This document shows, piece after piece, positions 26,804 to 31,304 of a stretch of 31,304 nucleotides of DNA. How positions within the stretch are numbered: position 1 is the first letter of the stretch; every line of letters starts with the position of its first letter. A model generated the notes under the pieces. The model searched no databases. It was not told the DNA's origin and worked only from the letters and a program-made list of their open reading frames with translations. The stretch is from Candidatus Methylomirabilia bacterium (GTDB taxonomy: Bacteria; Methylomirabilota; Methylomirabilia; Rokubacteriales; CSP1-6), in assembly GCA_041492755.1 (NCBI GenBank), contig JBGPXN010000042.1, forward strand, positions 1 through 31,304, read 5' to 3'. Made by a program: the position numbers and the translations under genes.

Positions 26804-26879
26804 TCGAGGAGCGCCACGGCTCCGCCGGGGCGCTGCCGAGCGGTGGGGGGGTGTGGGGGGCCATGTCGGGGCCCCCCAC
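26804..26879 (-). repeat. REP-like repeat, intact copy
   Basis: Reverse complement GTGGGGGGCCCCGACATGGCCCCCCACACCCCCCCACCGCTCGGCAGCGCCCCGGCGGAGCCGTGGCGCTCCTCGA. Confidence 0.85.
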
Positions 26880-26887
26880 AAGTCTGG

Positions 26888-28084
26888 TCACGACGCCGGC
26901 GGCGTGCCGGCGGCGACGTTGAACATGGCGCCGTCGAGGCCGAGCACGCTCTTGCCGATCGTCTCGGCCATGCGGTCGACCGAGGGCACCATCAAGGTGC
27001 ACGTGCGGAGGTCGCGGAAGGCACGCTCGACCGGATGGTCGCGATAGGCGCCGCGCCCGCCCACGAGCTGGATGACCTTCGACGTCACCAGGAGGCCGGA
27101 TTCGGTGGTGACGTATTTGGCTTTGGCGGCGAGCACGCCGCGCTGGACCGCGCCGGCGGAAGCCCACTCCTCGGCCGCCCGCGCGAGGACCAGGCCGGCC
27201 GCTTCGAGCTGGATGGTCAGCTCTCCGACGTGGCGCTGCGTGGCCGGCTCGTGGGCGATGGGCAGGGGGTCGGGCTTCATGACGCGCTTCTTCGCGTACT
27301 CGACGGCGAAGTCGAGCGCGCTCTGGGCGATGCCGAGATAGATGGCGGCGTAGCCGAGGGCGAATCCCTCGATGACGCCGGCGCGCAGCGCCCCACCCGG
27401 CTCGCCGATGGCGCTGTCGCCGGCGACAGCGCAGCCCGTGAAGGTGACGCTCGGACTGTAGGTCGCTCGCATGCCCAGGGTGTCCCACCGGTCGTCGATC
27501 GCGATGCCGGGCGTGTCCGCCGGCACCAGACAGACCATCAGCGCCTTGGCCATGTCGGTCAGGCCGTCGAGCGCGCCCCAGACCAGGTAGTAGGCGGCGC
27601 CGCGCGCCATCGTGCAGAAGTGCTTGGTGCCGTCGATGACCCAGCTGCCGTCCTTGCGGCGGATCGAGGTCTCGAACTGGAGCGCGCGCGAGAGGCTCAC
27701 GGCCGGCTCGCTGCCCCAGCTCCCGAAGAGGCGGCCACGCTCCGTGACCTCGGCGTAGTAGCGCCGCTTCTGGTCCTCGGTCGCGAGGGCGTCGAGGAAG
27801 CGCATGACCGTCGAATGCATGTGCAAGGTCATCGAGGTACTGGCGCAGCCCTGCGCGATCGCGCGGAGGATCTCGGCGTAGACGGGCATCGCGACCTCGA
27901 GGCCACCGTATCGCCGCGGCACCGCCATGGCGAGGAAGCCCGCCTCCCACAGGTCGCGCCAGCTCTCGAGGGGGTTGACCGCGTCACGGTCGTACTGCGC
28001 GGCGCGCGGGCCGATCTTCTCCCGCGTGAGGCGGGCCACCCGCTCGACGAGCTGACCGTCAGCGTCGGATAGCGCCATGGCCAT
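26888..28084 (-). CDS. Acyl-CoA dehydrogenase family flavoprotein
   Basis: VPRRYGG, SEP, IDGTKHFCT, WDTLGMRATYS, GGRG and VERAFRD. Start 28084 or 28078. Confidence 0.9.
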   Translation of the reverse strand: MAMALSDADGQLVERVARLTREKIGPRAAQYDRDAVNPLESWRDLWEAGFLAMAVPRRYGGLEVAMPVYAEILRAIAQGCASTSMTLHMHSTVMRFLDALATEDQKRRYYAEVTERGRLFGSWGSEPAVSLSRALQFETSIRRKDGSWVIDGTKHFCTMARGAAYYLVWGALDGLTDMAKALMVCLVPADTPGIAIDDRWDTLGMRATYSPSVTFTGCAVAGDSAIGEPGGALRAGVIEGFALGYAAIYLGIAQSALDFAVEYAKKRVMKPDPLPIAHEPATQRHVGELTIQLEAAGLVLARAAEEWASAGAVQRGVLAAKAKYVTTESGLLVTSKVIQLVGGRGAYRDHPVERAFRDLRTCTLMVPSVDRMAETIGKSVLGLDGAMFNVAAGTPPAS

Positions 28085-28122
28085 CGCTCAGCGGCCGATG
28101 ACGCCATCCGGTGGACCTGACG

Positions 28123-29088
28123 TCAACGGCCATGGAGTCCTGCCGTGAGCGTCCCCCAGATCCCCCGGGGGAGGAACAGGACGAAGGCCATGAAGATGAC
28201 GCCGATCACCAGCGGCCAGGCCTCGATGAAGATGCTGAGGCGGTCGGCCAGCATGAGGTAGGTGGCGGCGCCGACGAAGGGCCCGAAGAACGTCCCCGCC
28301 CCCCCGAGCAGGGTCATGATCACCACCTGGCCCGAGGTCGACCAGTAGAGCGAGTCGACGGGCACGACCGTGAGTCGGAGCGCGTCGAGCCCGCCGGCCA
28401 GGCCCGCGAAGAGCGCGGAGAAGACGAACGACAGCAGCTTCACGCGATTGATGTCGTAGCCGCAGGCCACGGCGCGGTCGCTGTTCTCGCGGATCGCCTG
28501 GAGCACGGCGCCGAAGGGGGAGTCCAGGATGCGCTTGAGGCCGGCCACCGCGAGCACGACCAGCACGTAGGCGAAGAAGTAGAAGGCCAGCGGATCGCGG
28601 AGCGACAGGGACCCGCCGGGCAGGCCGATCGGGTGCAGCGGGATGCCGCGCAGCCCGTCGTCGCCGCCCGTCAGGTCGGCGGCGTGGAACGCGATGAAGT
28701 AGAGCATCTGCGCGAAGGCGAGCGTGAGCATGGCGAAGTAAATGCCACGCCGGCGCAGGCAGAAGAACCCCACCACGGCGCCGCCCACCACCGCCGTCCC
28801 GAGCCCGATGCCGAGGCCGACCCACAGTGACGCCACCTTGAGCTTGGCCAGGGCGATGCCGGTCCCGTAGGCGCCGAGCCCGTAGTAGGCGGCGTGACCG
28901 AAGGAGAGGAGCCCGGTGTAGCCGTAGAGGAGGTTGAAGCCGAGGGCGAAGAGGCCGAAGATCAACACCTGCGTCGCGAGCGACTGGTACGGGGCGAGAA
29001 ACGGGAAAACGGCGAAGAAGACGATGAAGGAGGCGACAGGGTGCGCCGCCACCCAGGCCGTCAGCCGGCGGAACGCTCCCCGGATCAT
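28123..29088 (-). CDS. Branched-chain amino acid type ABC permease (LivM-like)
   Basis: GFNLLYGYTGLLSFGHAA, GIYFAMLTLAF, SPFGAVLQAIREN and LGGAGTFFGP. ATGA overlap with the LivH-like gene. Confidence 0.93.
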   Translation of the reverse strand: MIRGAFRRLTAWVAAHPVASFIVFFAVFPFLAPYQSLATQVLIFGLFALGFNLLYGYTGLLSFGHAAYYGLGAYGTGIALAKLKVASLWVGLGIGLGTAVVGGAVVGFFCLRRRGIYFAMLTLAFAQMLYFIAFHAADLTGGDDGLRGIPLHPIGLPGGSLSLRDPLAFYFFAYVLVVLAVAGLKRILDSPFGAVLQAIRENSDRAVACGYDINRVKLLSFVFSALFAGLAGGLDALRLTVVPVDSLYWSTSGQVVIMTLLGGAGTFFGPFVGAATYLMLADRLSIFIEAWPLVIGVIFMAFVLFLPRGIWGTLTAGLHGR

Positions 29089-29969
29089 TCGGCCAGGCCG
29101 GCCTCGCCGAAGAGCCCGCTCGGCCGGATTAGCAACACTACCGCCATCACGACGAAGACCACGATCTCGGCGAGCTTGGGGGCGAAGAACGTCGTGAGGC
29201 TGACGATCTCGCCCATGAGCAGGCCCGCCACGATGGCCCCGGCCAGGCTGCCCATACCCCCGACCACCACCACCACGAAGCACTCGATGATGATCTCCAC
29301 GCCCATTTCCGCGTAGACGCCGCGCATCGGTCCCGCGAGAACGCCGGCGAGACCCGCCATGCCGATCCCGATTCCAAAAACGAGGAGCCAGATGCGGTTG
29401 AGGTCCAGGCCGAGAGCGCGGACCATCAAGGCGTCGCGCGAGCCCGCGCGGATGATGAGCCCGACGTTGGTCTTCTCGAGGAACAGCCAGAGCGCGAGCA
29501 GGACGGCGGCGGTCACCGCGATGACGAAGAGCCGGTAGACGGGGAAATTCATGAAGCCCAGGTCGACGGCGGCAGCGAGCTGCTTCGGCGGATCGACGGT
29601 GAGGCCGATCTTCCCCCACACGAGCTTCGCTCCCTCGACCATGGCGAGCGACAGCCCGAACGTCAGCAACAGGGGGTCGTCCGGACTGCGACCGTAGAGC
29701 CGCCGGATGAGGAGGCGCTCGACCAGGAGGCCGAGCGCCCCCACCACCAGCGGCGCCAGGACCAGCGTCGCCCAGAAGCTCTTCGTCAGCCCCATCAGAG
29801 AGAAAGCGACGTAGGCCCCGAGCATGTAGAAAGACCCGTGGGCGAAGTTCACCACCGTCATCAGCCCGAAGATCAGGCTGAGGCCGATGGCCATCAGGAC
29901 GAGAATCCCGCCCATGACGAGGCCGGTGAAGACCTGAGCGGCGAGTGCCTGCAGCGAGATGTCGAGCAC
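29085..29969 (-). CDS. Branched-chain amino acid type ABC permease (LivH-like)
   Basis: GLSLIFGLMTVVNFAHG, VVVVGGMGS and RPSGLFG. Confidence 0.94.
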   Translation of the reverse strand: MLDISLQALAAQVFTGLVMGGILVLMAIGLSLIFGLMTVVNFAHGSFYMLGAYVAFSLMGLTKSFWATLVLAPLVVGALGLLVERLLIRRLYGRSPDDPLLLTFGLSLAMVEGAKLVWGKIGLTVDPPKQLAAAVDLGFMNFPVYRLFVIAVTAAVLLALWLFLEKTNVGLIIRAGSRDALMVRALGLDLNRIWLLVFGIGIGMAGLAGVLAGPMRGVYAEMGVEIIIECFVVVVVGGMGSLAGAIVAGLLMGEIVSLTTFFAPKLAEIVVFVVMAVVLLIRPSGLFGEAGLAE

Positions 29970-29973
29970 GCGG

Positions 29974-31188
29974 CTAGGCGTGTCCCTTTTCCGCGCAGGT
30001 CCGGTCCAGCTCCTCGTTGGCCGGCACCTTGCCGACGACGTCGAAGAAGCCCCACTCGCCCTTCACCTGCTTGGGCGCGCGCACCTTGACGATCCACAGG
30101 TCCTGGAACGATTTGTTGTCGCAGGCGCGCCAGTACTGCTTGCCCTTGTAGTGGTCGTACTCACGGTTCTTCCGGAGCGCGTTGGCCACCGCGTCGGAGT
30201 CGGTGGACTTGGCCAGCTCGACGCCGCGGGCCACCTCCAGGATGCCGCTGTAGCCGTAGCCGGAGTACGCGTCGGGGGGTCGGTTGAACTTCTTCGTGAA
30301 GGCGTCGACGTAGCGCTTGGCCTGGGGCATGGTCTCGGCCAGCTCGTGGCAGAAGTGGGTCGCCCCGTAGACGTCCTGGAAGGTCTCGGCGCCAGCCTCC
30401 TTCGCGTAGTCGAGGAAGTGCAGGGGCTGGGCAATCCTCGCGTCCTTCTTGAGCCCGAAGCTGATCGCCTGCTTCATGAACGGGACGCTGTCGGCGCCCG
30501 GGGTGATCGCGTAGATCGCGTCGGGTTTGGCCGCCTGGATCTTCGGCAGGTGGGCCGAGAACTCTGGCTTGCCGAGCGGATACGGCGTGCTCCCGAGAAT
30601 GGCGCCGCCGAGCTTGGGGACGAGCGCGCTGAACACGGCGGTGTTCTGCTTGCCGAACGCGTAGTCGGCGTAGACGATCCACCACTTCTTGCCGATGTTC
30701 TGCACGCCGAAGGTGGCCATGGCCCGGCTGGTGATCGTCGGGTTCAGCGCCTCGTGGAAGGTCAGCGGGCTCGTGTCCGGCTTGGCGCTGATCTCGTCGG
30801 ACTGGCTCAGCGAGATGTAGAACTTCTTGGCCGCCTTGGTCTGCTCGTTGATGGCCATCTGCACGCTCGCCGAGAGACCGCCCACGACGAAATCCACCTT
30901 CTGGTTCTCGATGAGCTCCTTCGTGCGCTGGGCGCCGACGGCAGTCTTGAGCTCGTCGTCACGGAAGAGGACCTCGACCCGTCGCCCCATGACGCCACCC
31001 TTGGCGTTGATCTCTTCCAGGGCGAGCTGGGCGCCCTTCTGCAAGTCGGCGGCGATGGCGGCGAAGGTGCCGGTCAGCGGCAGCGGAAAGCCGATGCGAA
31101 TGGGGCCGCCCTGCGCGCGCAGCACGGCGGGAAAAGCCAGACTGGCGGTACCGACGGCGGTGGTCGCGAGGAATGTGCGGCGGTTCAT
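29974..31188 (-). CDS. ABC substrate-binding protein (LivK/PBP1 family) with Tat signal
   Basis: MNRRTFL twin-arginine signal, PIRIGFPLPLTG, EINAKGGVMGR and YADYAFG. GGAGG SD. Confidence 0.94.
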   Translation of the reverse strand: MNRRTFLATTAVGTASLAFPAVLRAQGGPIRIGFPLPLTGTFAAIAADLQKGAQLALEEINAKGGVMGRRVEVLFRDDELKTAVGAQRTKELIENQKVDFVVGGLSASVQMAINEQTKAAKKFYISLSQSDEISAKPDTSPLTFHEALNPTITSRAMATFGVQNIGKKWWIVYADYAFGKQNTAVFSALVPKLGGAILGSTPYPLGKPEFSAHLPKIQAAKPDAIYAITPGADSVPFMKQAISFGLKKDARIAQPLHFLDYAKEAGAETFQDVYGATHFCHELAETMPQAKRYVDAFTKKFNRPPDAYSGYGYSGILEVARGVELAKSTDSDAVANALRKNREYDHYKGKQYWRACDNKSFQDLWIVKVRAPKQVKGEWGFFDVVGKVPANEELDRTCAEKGHA

Positions 31189-31242
31189 GGTCGCCTCCGT
31201 TGACCGGGCGGGTCGACGCCTCGCCCCGAATTGAGTGGGGGA

Positions 31243-31271
31243 ATCATAGGAGTCGCGTCCGGGAGTGTCAA
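31243..31271 (-). promoter_or_regulatory. Near-consensus sigma70 promoter of the ABC operon
   Basis: TTGACA (31271-31266), 17 nt, TATGAT (31248-31243). Confidence 0.8.
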
Positions 31272-31304
31272 ATCGGGGACGCGCAGGCCGATGAAAAAGG
31301 CCCA

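Noticed and set aside
2538..31234. Many long antisense or alternate-frame ORFs (e.g. 2538-4028, 3955-6357, 7964-10027, 10096-12321, 12478-14253, 19162-21561, 24659-26704, 29959-31203)
   Set aside because: They are shadows of recognisable genes in high-GC DNA, rich in Arg/Gly/Ala, with no motifs.

Overview
High-GC bacterial chromosomal window. Gene content and the palindromic intergenic repeats suggest Candidatus Rokubacteria/Methylomirabilota, but this is inference only. The window holds the 3' part of groEL, rpsF-ssb-rpsR-rplI, a DnaA-box array, dnaB and a KimA-like permease. An alkA-DUF971-MFS-hypothetical-PPOX-ABC-F-HNH run follows, then an IS110-family element inserted into a REP-like repeat, a ComEA-like gene and a csp-DEAD helicase-csp cold-shock cluster. 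The right half has two convergent catabolic blocks (LVIVD/VOC/amidohydrolase/IlvD/DapA-like versus LivKHM/acyl-CoA dehydrogenase/Mo-hydroxylase) with several deletion scars. Highlight 1: the IS110 left end encodes a readable bridge RNA whose four guide segments match the element's own target and donor junctions, programming it to the host repeat family. Highlight 2: a structured element at about 15150-15363 carries a 17-nt match antisense to the canonical 16S rRNA 3' end, directly fused to a 13-codon ORF. Highlight 3: an 11-bp-phased DnaA-box array lies before dnaB. Also seen: probable CTG/ATT starts in ribosomal protein genes, leaderless promoters and terminator-containing csp leaders.
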